Counted from the stretch's first letter, positions 16,208 through 24,416 are shown. The stretch is 32,000 nucleotides of DNA from Tannockella kyphosi (GCF_021054785.1 NZ_CP088239.1:1710001-1742000); one strand, 5' to 3'. Made by a program: numbers and translations. Notes: generated by a model not told the origin, from the letters alone.

Positions 16208-16792
16208 ATGTCAAAATCATATGCTGTGCGTAATATAGCACTATGTACAAAAGATTGTTTATGTCTTTATGTTTGCCCTACTGGTGCGGCAGATACTGAA
16301 AACAGTATTATCGATATGGAAAAATGTATTGGATGTGGAGCTTGTGCAAACGCTTGTCCTTCTCGTGCCATATCTTTGGTTCCTAGGGAATTCCCACCTC
16401 AACAAAGACACGATGATGAAGTATTACTTGCAATGAATACATTATTATCAAGCAAAGCAAACCAAGAAAATATAGCGAGTACAATTGATAGTAAATTAGC
16501 CAAAGCAATTGAAAAATCGAATCGTATTATGGCAGAAGACATTATCCGAGAAGCTGGCTATATGTTGCCTCAAAGTGCAAATACTAGAACTTTCTTAGAA
16601 TCACAAGTGGATAACCCAGATATCAAAGAAATCGTTACTGAATTAATGAGTTTGATTCAACCCAATGAAAAAGTAGTTACCAAAGAAATTTGGACATGTT
16701 CTATTTGTGGTTATATCCACACTGGTGAAATGAGTCCAGACTTTACTTGCCCTCTTTGCAAGCAACCAGCTAGCGCATTTACAAAATCCTAA
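16208..16792 (+). CDS. 4Fe-4S dicluster ferredoxin domain / linker / rubredoxin fusion protein (194 aa)
   Basis: One cluster motif is atypical (CTKDCLCLYVCP) and one is canonical (CIGCGACANACP). The C-terminal rubredoxin reads WTCSICGYIHTGE...FTCPLCKQPASAF. AAAGGAGG lies upstream, and the gene starts 1 nt after the previous stop. Confidence 0.75.
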   Translation: MSKSYAVRNIALCTKDCLCLYVCPTGAADTENSIIDMEKCIGCGACANACPSRAISLVPREFPPQQRHDDEVLLAMNTLLSSKANQENIASTIDSKLAKAIEKSNRIMAEDIIREAGYMLPQSANTRTFLESQVDNPDIKEIVTELMSLIQPNEKVVTKEIWTCSICGYIHTGEMSPDFTCPLCKQPASAFTKS

Positions 16793-16799
16793 AAAAAAG

Positions 16800-16824
16800 A
16801 CACCGGCACGAATGCTGGTGTTTT
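16800..16824. terminator. Bidirectional terminator between convergent genes
   Basis: The hairpin is ACACCGGC-ACGAAT-GCTGGTGT (one G-U pair). It is flanked by A8 on the left and TTTT on the right. Confidence 0.65.
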
Positions 16825-17725
16825 ATTCTGTCGTTGTATCTTGCGAGTCATCAGTTACTGTATCATCACTTAATGAACTATCATCTTCTTGAGTATCCGT
16901 TGAATCACTATCATCTCCCGTTGAAGAATCATCCGGAGTTGTATTATCATCTAACGATGTATCATCTGATGCACTGTCATCATCCGTGACATCTGACGAA
17001 GTGCTATCATCTAAACTATCTGATGATGAACTATCACTAGAACTATTTGATGAAGAACTAGTTGTACTATTTGATGATGAACTATCACTAGTGCTGTTTG
17101 ATGAGGAACTAGTTGTATTACTTGCTACCTCTTCCTCTTCTTCCTCTACATATACAAGAATAACAGACTCCACACTATTTCCACTATCATCTGTTGCAAT
17201 CACTTTTACTTCATATTGCCCAGCATTCGTAGCATCATAATCAATATCTTCAAACTCCAATGTTACATCGGATAAATCATCAACGCTAACATACTCTTCA
17301 AAATCAATCAAAGCATAATCCGTACCTACTTCTACTGTCACATCACTAATTTCTTCAAACACAGGTACTGTCGTATCAACAATACAAACCTCAAATATTT
17401 GTACATCTCCTAAATAATTAGCTGTCCCTTGATAGTCCCCTTTAGCAGGATATTCTTGATCTTGTTCATATACGAAATCTATATCAATAACAGTATCTTC
17501 TAATAGATTTGTATTATTACTATCTACAAATTCACTAATCTCTAAAGATATTATTTCTCCATATTCATAATAGAAAGTTTCATCATATAAAACCAATATC
17601 TCTTCATCTTCTTCTATCACTTCTTCTTGCGTCATGTCTAACAAATAAACACCTACAAATAATGCAAATGACAAAAATACTGCAATACCTTTTTTTAAAT
17701 TCGTATCAAAGAAATTATCTATCAT
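16823..17725 (-). CDS. Membrane-anchored surface protein with an Ig-like (DUF5011/HYR-like) domain and a Ser/Asp/Thr-rich tail
   Basis: The N-terminal TM segment is GIAVFLSFALFVGVYLL. The Ig-like segment reads DTTVPVFEEISDVTVEVGTDY...GQYEVKVIATDDSGN. An E6 tract and about 100 aa of low-complexity S/D/T sequence follow. Confidence 0.65.
   Translation of the reverse strand: MIDNFFDTNLKKGIAVFLSFALFVGVYLLDMTQEEVIEEDEEILVLYDETFYYEYGEIISLEISEFVDSNNTNLLEDTVIDIDFVYEQDQEYPAKGDYQGTANYLGDVQIFEVCIVDTTVPVFEEISDVTVEVGTDYALIDFEEYVSVDDLSDVTLEFEDIDYDATNAGQYEVKVIATDDSGNSVESVILVYVEEEEEEVASNTTSSSSNSTSDSSSSNSTTSSSSNSSSDSSSSDSLDDSTSSDVTDDDSASDDTSLDDNTTPDDSSTGDDSDSTDTQEDDSSLSDDTVTDDSQDTTTE
17016..17117. repeat. 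Tandem 51-bp repeat (2 copies) inside the Ser-rich tail
   Basis: The copies are 17016-17066 and 17067-17117. Each encodes a 17-aa Ser-rich unit, and they differ at a few positions. Confidence 0.75.
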
Positions 17726-17798
17726 AATCTAACCCCCATTTCTTATTTATCATACACTTTATAACAAAGAAAATATTCTTTCTTGTCACAAAAAACAA

Positions 17799-18959
17799 TT
17801 ATAATTTAAATATTTCCAATTTCTTTACTTCAATTGCCTTTACTGGACATACTTCATGACAACAAAAACAATGAATACATTGTTTACGAATAATTTTTGC
17901 TTTTTTATCTTTTATTATAATAGCATCTTTTGAACATATTTCCTTGCATTTCCCACAACCAATACATCTTTTTTTATCAATAACAGGATGTGGTGCAATA
18001 GTATGTTCTATTTTTTTAACAATAGGACGAATAAAACTTGGAACAAATGCTGCAAAATCAGTATTCGCATTATTTTTACCAGTATAACTTTCTGGTAATT
18101 TCCAATTAGAAATAGGTTCTAATAATGTTTCATCACCAACTATATCTTTTTTATCAAAAGATTCACTACATAAATTACGACTATTTGCTGCTTTTAAATA
18201 AGGAACACGCATCGCATTTAAATTCATCATGCCTGCTATTGCTAGATCCAGTTGGTACATATTTTCACTAGCCATTACGATTCCAACATTGCGGGGATTT
18301 CCCCCAGCAGGTCCGTCTCCTTCCATCGCTAATATTCCATCCACAATAGCAATATTGGGAGGTATCGCCTCCAATAAATCTACTATCATATGTCCAAATC
18401 TCTCTTTATCAGGAAAACGCATATGCCATTCTGATTTTTTTAACCCTGGTATAATACCAAACATATTTTTACAAGCTGCACTCATTCCTGTCATAACATG
18501 TGTTTTCATTTTCGGTAAGTTAATAATATAATCTGCTTGTAAAACAGGATTGATAATATCAAATTGTTTAGCAACTTGTCCATCTATATCTATGGTTGTA
18601 GATTGACATAATGTATATAAAGCAACCCCTTCTTCGTTACATACTTTCGTCAACCCACAAACTTGATACAATGATTTCATTTGACCAGAATTATATATTC
18701 CTCCAGCAGAATCTAAAACTAAGATATTTTCTCTTTTAGCTCCTCTTGAAAGACAAGCTTTTATTGCTCCTCTTAGTATTTCAGGATGAGTCGTAACTGC
18801 ATGTTCTGGAATATGTTTTGCAAGTAGATTGGGTTTTAAGATTATTTTCGTATTCTCATTAATCTGTTTTGTACTTTCCAGCTGACAAAACATATCCTCC
18901 ACCACTTCAACAGCATCTTGATAACCATTCACTTTTTTAATATATACTTTTTCTTTCAT
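17799..18959 (-). CDS. DUF362-domain protein with C-terminal 2x[4Fe-4S] ferredoxin domain
   Basis: The C-terminal cluster motifs are CIGCGKCKEICSKDAI and CIHCFCCHEVCPVKAI. The N-terminal region of about 300 aa resembles the DUF362 family by eye (LKPNL..., DGILAMEGDGP). Confidence 0.7.
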   Translation of the reverse strand: MKEKVYIKKVNGYQDAVEVVEDMFCQLESTKQINENTKIILKPNLLAKHIPEHAVTTHPEILRGAIKACLSRGAKRENILVLDSAGGIYNSGQMKSLYQVCGLTKVCNEEGVALYTLCQSTTIDIDGQVAKQFDIINPVLQADYIINLPKMKTHVMTGMSAACKNMFGIIPGLKKSEWHMRFPDKERFGHMIVDLLEAIPPNIAIVDGILAMEGDGPAGGNPRNVGIVMASENMYQLDLAIAGMMNLNAMRVPYLKAANSRNLCSESFDKKDIVGDETLLEPISNWKLPESYTGKNNANTDFAAFVPSFIRPIVKKIEHTIAPHPVIDKKRCIGCGKCKEICSKDAIIIKDKKAKIIRKQCIHCFCCHEVCPVKAIEVKKLEIFKL

Positions 18960-18976
18960 ATCTAACTCCTACTTAA

Positions 18977-18996
18977 AAAGCAGATTACTCTGCTTT
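18977..18996 (-). terminator. Hairpin/terminator between the lipoprotein gene and the DUF362 gene
   Basis: The minus strand reads AAAGCAGA-GTAA-TCTGCTTT followed by TTAAG. It overlaps the lipoprotein stop codon and lies just upstream of the DUF362 RBS. Confidence 0.45.
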
Positions 18997-19954
18997 AGTT
19001 TATTGCCATACAATATTTTTGTTCCCCAATCACAAAACGTAATACATTTGAACCAGTAATTTTTTCATCTTCTATTTTTGCAATAGCATGAATAGTTACT
19101 ATATCCCCTTGTTCCATACTTTCATAATCACCTGTAATAAAATCACTTCCATCACTTTCTTCCAATAACAAAGTACCTAAATAAGATTGATAATCTTCCA
19201 ATACAAAAATAACTTCTAATAAATCTTCTAACTCCATATCATCTTGTCCTAAATACTCTATTTCAAAAACCACATGACCATACTTACTCTCTTCTAGGCT
19301 TAAATCATAAAAAGTATAAAAATAATCATGATTTGTTGGTTCCACAATATCACTATACTCTAATGTTGTTACTTTCAAACTACATAAATCTTCTATTTCA
19401 ATTACTTCATTTAATTCTACTTCTTGATAACCTAACATCATTGCTTCTTGATAAGAACCTGGATTCGTTATATCATTTTGATCTTCTAGTACATATTCAT
19501 TATCTCCAACATTGAACGTCATTTCTAACGCTAAACTATCTTCACTCATTTCATAAGGTACTTCAAAAATAAAATGCATATAAGTATCTTGGTCTGTCGT
19601 ATAGGTAGATGCAAAATTATTTTCTAATTCAATCTTTTCTTCTGCAAAATAAGTAGTTGACTCATGAATTACTGTTAAATCTAACTCCTGTTGCCAATCC
19701 ATTTCTTGTGTTACATTTGTTATTGCTACAATAACATGAAAGAAAATACTATCTTCTTCACTAACAACATAACTAGTATAAGCCCCATCTTTTGTAACAG
19801 GATTTATTTCATATGCGAATTCAATTGTATCAATTGTTATATTATATCCATCACATTCAATTTCATCCATTAAATAAACAACTTCGCTCTCTTTAGCGTT
19901 TGCACATCCAACCAATAAGATAGATAGAGCAATAAATAAAACTATTTTTTTCAT
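18995..19954 (-). CDS. Acidic lipoprotein of unknown function, two-domain
   Basis: The signal peptide has a lipobox (MKKIVLFIALSILLVGC). AGGAG lies upstream. No catalytic motif was seen. Confidence 0.7.
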   Translation of the reverse strand: MKKIVLFIALSILLVGCANAKESEVVYLMDEIECDGYNITIDTIEFAYEINPVTKDGAYTSYVVSEEDSIFFHVIVAITNVTQEMDWQQELDLTVIHESTTYFAEEKIELENNFASTYTTDQDTYMHFIFEVPYEMSEDSLALEMTFNVGDNEYVLEDQNDITNPGSYQEAMMLGYQEVELNEVIEIEDLCSLKVTTLEYSDIVEPTNHDYFYTFYDLSLEESKYGHVVFEIEYLGQDDMELEDLLEVIFVLEDYQSYLGTLLLEESDGSDFITGDYESMEQGDIVTIHAIAKIEDEKITGSNVLRFVIGEQKYCMAIN

Positions 19955-19962
19955 ATTTTCTC

Positions 19963-20628
19963 CTAATCTTCTAGTAATTCCTTTACTACAGGTATAATCT
20001 TACTTGATAAAAGTTGATAACCAGTATCACTAAGATGTAAACCATCCACATAGTATTCTAATACACCTTCCTTATTTTCGTCTACAAATTCTTCATAAAC
20101 ATTTAAAAAACTTGTTTTTTTATCACGAATCAATTCTTGATACATCATAAAAATCATTTCTAATAATACATTATTACGAATACCACCTTCTATTTGATAT
20201 CCTTTTAAATGTTCTACACAAGGCAAAGTAGAAACTAACAATATTTTTGTTTCTGGTAAATTACCACGAATAATATCAATAATCATTTTTACATTTAAAG
20301 CAATATTTCTAGGAGAATCCTTTAAACGTATCCCTAAATCATTTGCACCTACTAAAAGAACTACTACTTTAGGATTATACTTAATAACACCTTCATCAAC
20401 AACTGTTAATAACTGTTGAGAAGTTGCACCACTAATACCACAATTATATTTAATAGGAAATGTTGGATAATAGGTATCTATATCACATTGTTCTGTAATA
20501 GAATCTCCAAAAAATACAACTCCACCTTCTTTACAATCTTGATTTGTTTCTACAATTCTTAAAATTGTTCTCACTTGAAAATCTCTTAACTGACTATACC
20601 CTGGGTTATAACTCATTGATTCTTTCAT
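19963..20628 (-). CDS. SGNH/GDSL-family hydrolase
   Basis: The block I motif is VFFGDSITEQ, block III is LLVGANDL, and block V is DGLHLSDTGY. Confidence 0.8.
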   Translation of the reverse strand: MKESMSYNPGYSQLRDFQVRTILRIVETNQDCKEGGVVFFGDSITEQCDIDTYYPTFPIKYNCGISGATSQQLLTVVDEGVIKYNPKVVVLLVGANDLGIRLKDSPRNIALNVKMIIDIIRGNLPETKILLVSTLPCVEHLKGYQIEGGIRNNVLLEMIFMMYQELIRDKKTSFLNVYEEFVDENKEGVLEYYVDGLHLSDTGYQLLSSKIIPVVKELLED

Positions 20629-20668
20629 CTTATTTTTCTCCCTCTATTTTTTACAATTATAGCACAAT

Positions 20669-20699
20669 AAAAGGATAAGCACATTGTGTTTATCCTTTT
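20669..20699 (-). terminator. Second terminator downstream of hppA
   Basis: The stem AAAAGGATAA/TTATCCTTTT has extra pairing inside the loop. On the minus strand it is followed by TTTTATT. The extended -10 of the SGNH gene (TGCTATAAT) lies just beyond it. Confidence 0.6.
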
Positions 20700-20718
20700 A
20701 TGAAAATCATTTTTCCAT

Positions 20719-20742
20719 AAAAAAAGGTCTTACGACCTTTTT
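20719..20742 (-). terminator. Primary rho-independent terminator of hppA
   Basis: The minus strand reads AAAAAGGTC-GTAA-GACCTTTTT followed by TTTATGG. It abuts the stop codon. Confidence 0.7.
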
Positions 20743-22927
20743 AACTAAAGAATTGTAAAATAAAGGAAACTAGGTTAATTTGAGCAAATACTGGTACTAC
20801 TACTAAAGATACGGTTGACATAATTTTAATAAAGATATCTAAACAAGGTCCTACTGTATCTTTTAGTGGATCCCCAACTGTATCTCCTACTACGGCAGCA
20901 CTATGAGCCATACTTCCTTTTCCATAATTTTCTAATCCATCTGCTTCAATATATTTTTTAGCGTTATCCCAAGCTCCACCAGAATTTCCACTGAAAATAG
21001 CGATCATAATAGCACAAATTGTTGCACCAATAATCATACCACCTACAAACTCTGGCCCAAAAACAAATCCAGAAACAACAGGAACTACGATTGCAAGCAT
21101 ACTAGGTACTTTCATTTCTGCAATTGCTCCTTTAGAAGAAATTTCAATACAGCTTTTATAATCAGGTTTCCCAGTTCCATCTAAAATACCTGGAATTTCT
21201 CTAAACTGACGACGTACTTCACTAACCATTTTACGTGCAGATTTACCTACAGCTTCAATTAACATTCCTGAAAATAAGAATGGTAAAGCTCCACCAACAA
21301 CAACACCTGCTAACACCATCGGTGACATAACATTAAGAACTAGTTCCGTTGCAACATCATTATAAGAATATAAGTAGGATATCATCAAAGCTAATGCAGC
21401 TAATGCTCCAGAACCAATGGCAAATCCTTTACCAATCGCTGCTGTTGTATTTCCAACAGAATCTAAAGTATCTGTTATTTTACGTACTTCTGGGTCTAAT
21501 CCACTCATTTCTGCAATACCACCTGCATTATCAGAAATCGGACCGTAAGTATCTACAGAAACAGTTGCAGTTACAAAAGATAACATTCCTACTGCAGCCA
21601 TAGAGACACCATACATACCAGAAACCATATAAGAAAGTAATATACTAGTTGCTAGTACAATAGCTGGAGCCATTGTAGATTTCATACCTAAAGCCAATCC
21701 TTGCGTAATCGTAATAGCTGGTCCTTCTGTTGCAGAATGAGCTAATAGTCTTGTTGGATTATAGTCAGCAGAAGTATAATGTTCTGCAATTGTACCAATG
21801 ATTACTCCTGCAACCACACCAACAGTAGCTGCTATCCATGGAGAAAATGCTCCCATTGTAAACCCTAATGCATCTTTCATTACTTGTCCATCCATTGAAC
21901 TAAACATAAAATAAGAAACACCAAGACCTAATGTAATGGTTAATATAGCTGCCATATAAGTAGCACCATTTAAATCCTTATGTGGATTATCAGACATATT
22001 CTTTTTAAACAATAAAGATGCAATCGCAATAATACATGCAATCAAACCTACTGATACCAACACTAAAGGAAATAAAATACAACGTTCTAATAAATCAGTA
22101 GTCATCCCTGTACCTAAAGCAGTTGATTGCAACAACATATGATAAGCTAAAATAATACCTGCCGAAATAGAACCAACAAAACTTTCTAATAAATCCGATC
22201 CTAACCCCGCTACATCACCAACATTATCCCCAACATTATCTGCAATCGTTGCTGGATTTCTTGGATCATCTTCTGGTATATGAGCTTCTGTTTTTCCAAC
22301 TAAGTCTGCACCCATATCAGCCGCTTTGGTATAAATACCTCCACCAACACGATTAAACATCGCCACAATAGAACACCCTAATGCATATCCTGATAAAGTC
22401 ATTGTAAAAGGAATAAAACTTAATCCTAATAAATTAACATACGTTGCTTCTGTTACATAAACTTGTCCCATCATAATACCAAAGACAACATAAACAATAA
22501 ACAATCCTAATAAAGCAAACCCTCCAACACATAAACCCATAACTGAGCCACCTTGAAAAGCTACCTTTACAGTTTCACCAATATCTCCTGTTTCTCTAGC
22601 TTTATTAGAAACACGAACATTTGCATAAGTAGCAATTTTCATTCCTATCATTCCAGCAAAACCAGACATAACAGAACCAAGAACTAACGCTACTGCTGCA
22701 TGCCATGTTGTAATAAACGCTAAAACAACTGCAACTACTATCACTACCGAATAAAGAATCTTATACTCATAACGGATGAATGCATTCGCTCCTACTCTAA
22801 TAGCATCAGCTATCTCACTCATCTTTTCTGTTCCCTCTGGCATCTTTTTCACTTCTTTAAAATTAAAAGCTGCAAAAGCCAAAGATAAAATTGCTGCAAA
22901 AGCAACTACTACAATAACTACTTCCAT
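20741..22927 (-). CDS. hppA: Membrane-bound cation-translocating pyrophosphatase, K+-dependent type
   Basis: It is a multi-pass membrane protein. Family motifs include DNVGDNVGDVAG, GNTTAAIGKGFAIGS and GDTVGDPLKD. The start was moved to ATG 22927, which has AGAGGAGAA upstream. Confidence 0.93.
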   Translation of the reverse strand: MEVVIVVVAFAAILSLAFAAFNFKEVKKMPEGTEKMSEIADAIRVGANAFIRYEYKILYSVVIVVAVVLAFITTWHAAVALVLGSVMSGFAGMIGMKIATYANVRVSNKARETGDIGETVKVAFQGGSVMGLCVGGFALLGLFIVYVVFGIMMGQVYVTEATYVNLLGLSFIPFTMTLSGYALGCSIVAMFNRVGGGIYTKAADMGADLVGKTEAHIPEDDPRNPATIADNVGDNVGDVAGLGSDLLESFVGSISAGIILAYHMLLQSTALGTGMTTDLLERCILFPLVLVSVGLIACIIAIASLLFKKNMSDNPHKDLNGATYMAAILTITLGLGVSYFMFSSMDGQVMKDALGFTMGAFSPWIAATVGVVAGVIIGTIAEHYTSADYNPTRLLAHSATEGPAITITQGLALGMKSTMAPAIVLATSILLSYMVSGMYGVSMAAVGMLSFVTATVSVDTYGPISDNAGGIAEMSGLDPEVRKITDTLDSVGNTTAAIGKGFAIGSGALAALALMISYLYSYNDVATELVLNVMSPMVLAGVVVGGALPFLFSGMLIEAVGKSARKMVSEVRRQFREIPGILDGTGKPDYKSCIEISSKGAIAEMKVPSMLAIVVPVVSGFVFGPEFVGGMIIGATICAIMIAIFSGNSGGAWDNAKKYIEADGLENYGKGSMAHSAAVVGDTVGDPLKDTVGPCLDIFIKIMSTVSLVVVPVFAQINLVSFILQFFS

Positions 22928-23247
22928 ACTATTTTCTCCTCTTTCGACAGTCTCCCTACTGTCTAATTCTATATAACACCATAAAAATCCACCCCCCAGT
23001 TTCATTTTTATATCATTATATAAGGAATTTGAAATAATACCCCAATAAAGCTATTATAACAATTTTTTCACATAAAGAATATACTTTTCCCTTATAAATC
23101 TTATTCAACTTGCTTCTTTTTATGAAAATATATTTGCAACTTATAATTTCAAATGTTGTTTTATTCAAATACTACAAATTACTCTATTATCAGGATTCTA
23201 CATATTATCTAACATAAAAATTCAAATTAACATTCATAACATTCCAC

Positions 23248-23264
23248 TAGCATTAGTGATGCTA
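23248..23264. promoter_or_regulatory. 17-bp palindrome TAGCATTA-G-TGATGCTA
   Basis: 7 of 8 arm positions pair. It lies 22 bp beyond the ImmA stop codon in the 358-bp non-coding region upstream of hppA. The loop is too small for a good terminator, so a protein-binding site is more likely. Confidence 0.3.
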
Positions 23265-23285
23265 CGTTTTATCAAAAATAAGTCA

Positions 23286-24038
23286 TCATTCATTTAAATC
23301 CACACCTTCATCACTTATTCCATAAACTATATCAGATCGATATGCATCCAATAACAATTCCGCTCTTTTTCCATTACTCACCAACTCTTTTTGTGCGATT
23401 TCTTCCACAATTCGAATATATTCACCAGTTGTAAAATACTTCTTATTATTCGGTGATTTCATATACAAATCAGGTTCATAACCTAATTTCATCGCTTCTC
23501 TAGTTATACCAATATTTGAAAACTTATCATAGTCACCATAACTTATATAGTTTTCTGTACATAACCTTAGTAACATTGCAGTATGACTGATTTGAAAAAA
23601 TTGTTCTGCTCGTATTATTTCCTCTATCGTCCATTCTCTTACACCATCTTGATATTGTCTTAAAGCATCATATGGCATTAATAGATAAGAGGCAAACATG
23701 TCAGCTTCCTTTTCAGAATCATTTTTTTCACCTTTTAACTTCATATCACAAACGACATTTTTTAAACCTTCCTCAAACAGTACATGATAAAGTTCATGAG
23801 CCAATGAAAATCTTTGCCTTCCTAGTGAGGTTTCAGAATTAATACCTATTAAAATATAATCCTCTGTTTTTGTACACATACCACTTATTCTAGATGATAA
23901 CGGATAATAAATAATAGTTATTTTCATTTCTTTCCACGCATTAACATGAGCAAATATATCAATTGGAGAATACGCATCCTCGTTAAACCATTTTCTTACT
24001 TTTAAAGCATACGAATTAAGTTCAATCTCTTTTTTCAT
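23286..24038 (-). CDS. ImmA/IrrE-family zinc metallopeptidase
   Basis: HELYH (HEXXH) is followed by EKEADMFASYLLMP, the family signature. ATG 24038 has GGAGG 9 nt upstream and overlaps the XRE gene by 17 nt. Confidence 0.85.
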   Translation of the reverse strand: MKKEIELNSYALKVRKWFNEDAYSPIDIFAHVNAWKEMKITIIYYPLSSRISGMCTKTEDYILIGINSETSLGRQRFSLAHELYHVLFEEGLKNVVCDMKLKGEKNDSEKEADMFASYLLMPYDALRQYQDGVREWTIEEIIRAEQFFQISHTAMLLRLCTENYISYGDYDKFSNIGITREAMKLGYEPDLYMKSPNNKKYFTTGEYIRIVEEIAQKELVSNGKRAELLLDAYRSDIVYGISDEGVDLNE

Positions 24039-24378
24039 CTTCGTTTTCCTCCACAATGCGACTCATAAATCTTATATTAGCTGCTATTTTATTCATCATT
24101 GCAATACTTTCTAAATCTTCTACTTCAATATTATTAGCTCTGAACGCAAAATCAAGAGGCACAAACCCTTCTTCTTGTCCAAAAAGATATTCTTCACTGC
24201 AACCATATAAATTACATAGTTTTTCAATCAGTTCAACACTTAACTTCCTTGTTCCATTTTCTAATTTAGCTACCATACTTTGATCAACTTTTAAATATTT
24301 GGCCATTTGTTCTTGTGTTATTTTACTTCCTTTTCTCAAACTCTTTAACTTTTGACGAACCACATCATTTTTCTCCAT
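24022..24378 (-). CDS. XRE-family helix-turn-helix transcriptional regulator
   Basis: The HTH_3 motif reads KITQEQMAKYLKVDQSMVAKLENGTRKLS. The start is probably ATG 24378 (GGGAG upstream); the track start is 24393. Confidence 0.85.
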   Translation of the reverse strand: MEKNDVVRQKLKSLRKGSKITQEQMAKYLKVDQSMVAKLENGTRKLSVELIEKLCNLYGCSEEYLFGQEEGFVPLDFAFRANNIEVEDLESIAMMNKIAANIRFMSRIVEENEDEKRD

Positions 24379-24416
24379 AACAGCATCTCCCATTTTTCTT
24401 TTTATCTTACAATATA

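Noticed and set aside
15464-16900. A genomic island integrated at tRNA-Leu
   Set aside because: No integrase or recombinase gene is present, and I saw no direct repeat of the tRNA-Leu 3' end downstream. The genes that follow are ordinary anaerobe redox genes.
22985-22998. ACTGGGGGG in the hppA leader (minus strand) resembling the inner part of the ISL3 inverted repeat (ACTGGGGGACAA), as a possible solo IS end
   Set aside because: Only 8 nt match, and the diagnostic GGCTCT terminus is absent at the expected distance.
22928-23005. The N-terminal extension of hppA in the track (MKLGGGFLWCYIELDSRETVERGENS...). Similar extensions occur for nrdD (7896-7955), the transposase (2783-2875), both rubredoxin genes, the oxidoreductase, XRE, ImmA, yeiH and the DUF2974 gene.
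   Set aside because: In each case an internal ATG is preceded by a strong GGAGG/AGGAG at proper spacing and matches the family's usual N-terminus. The upstream extension has no SD.
22928-23285. A possible riboswitch or structured leader upstream of hppA, and a 31-codon ORF starting at 23122
   Set aside because: I could not recognise any known riboswitch consensus and saw only short local hairpins. The small ORF has no SD and an implausible composition.
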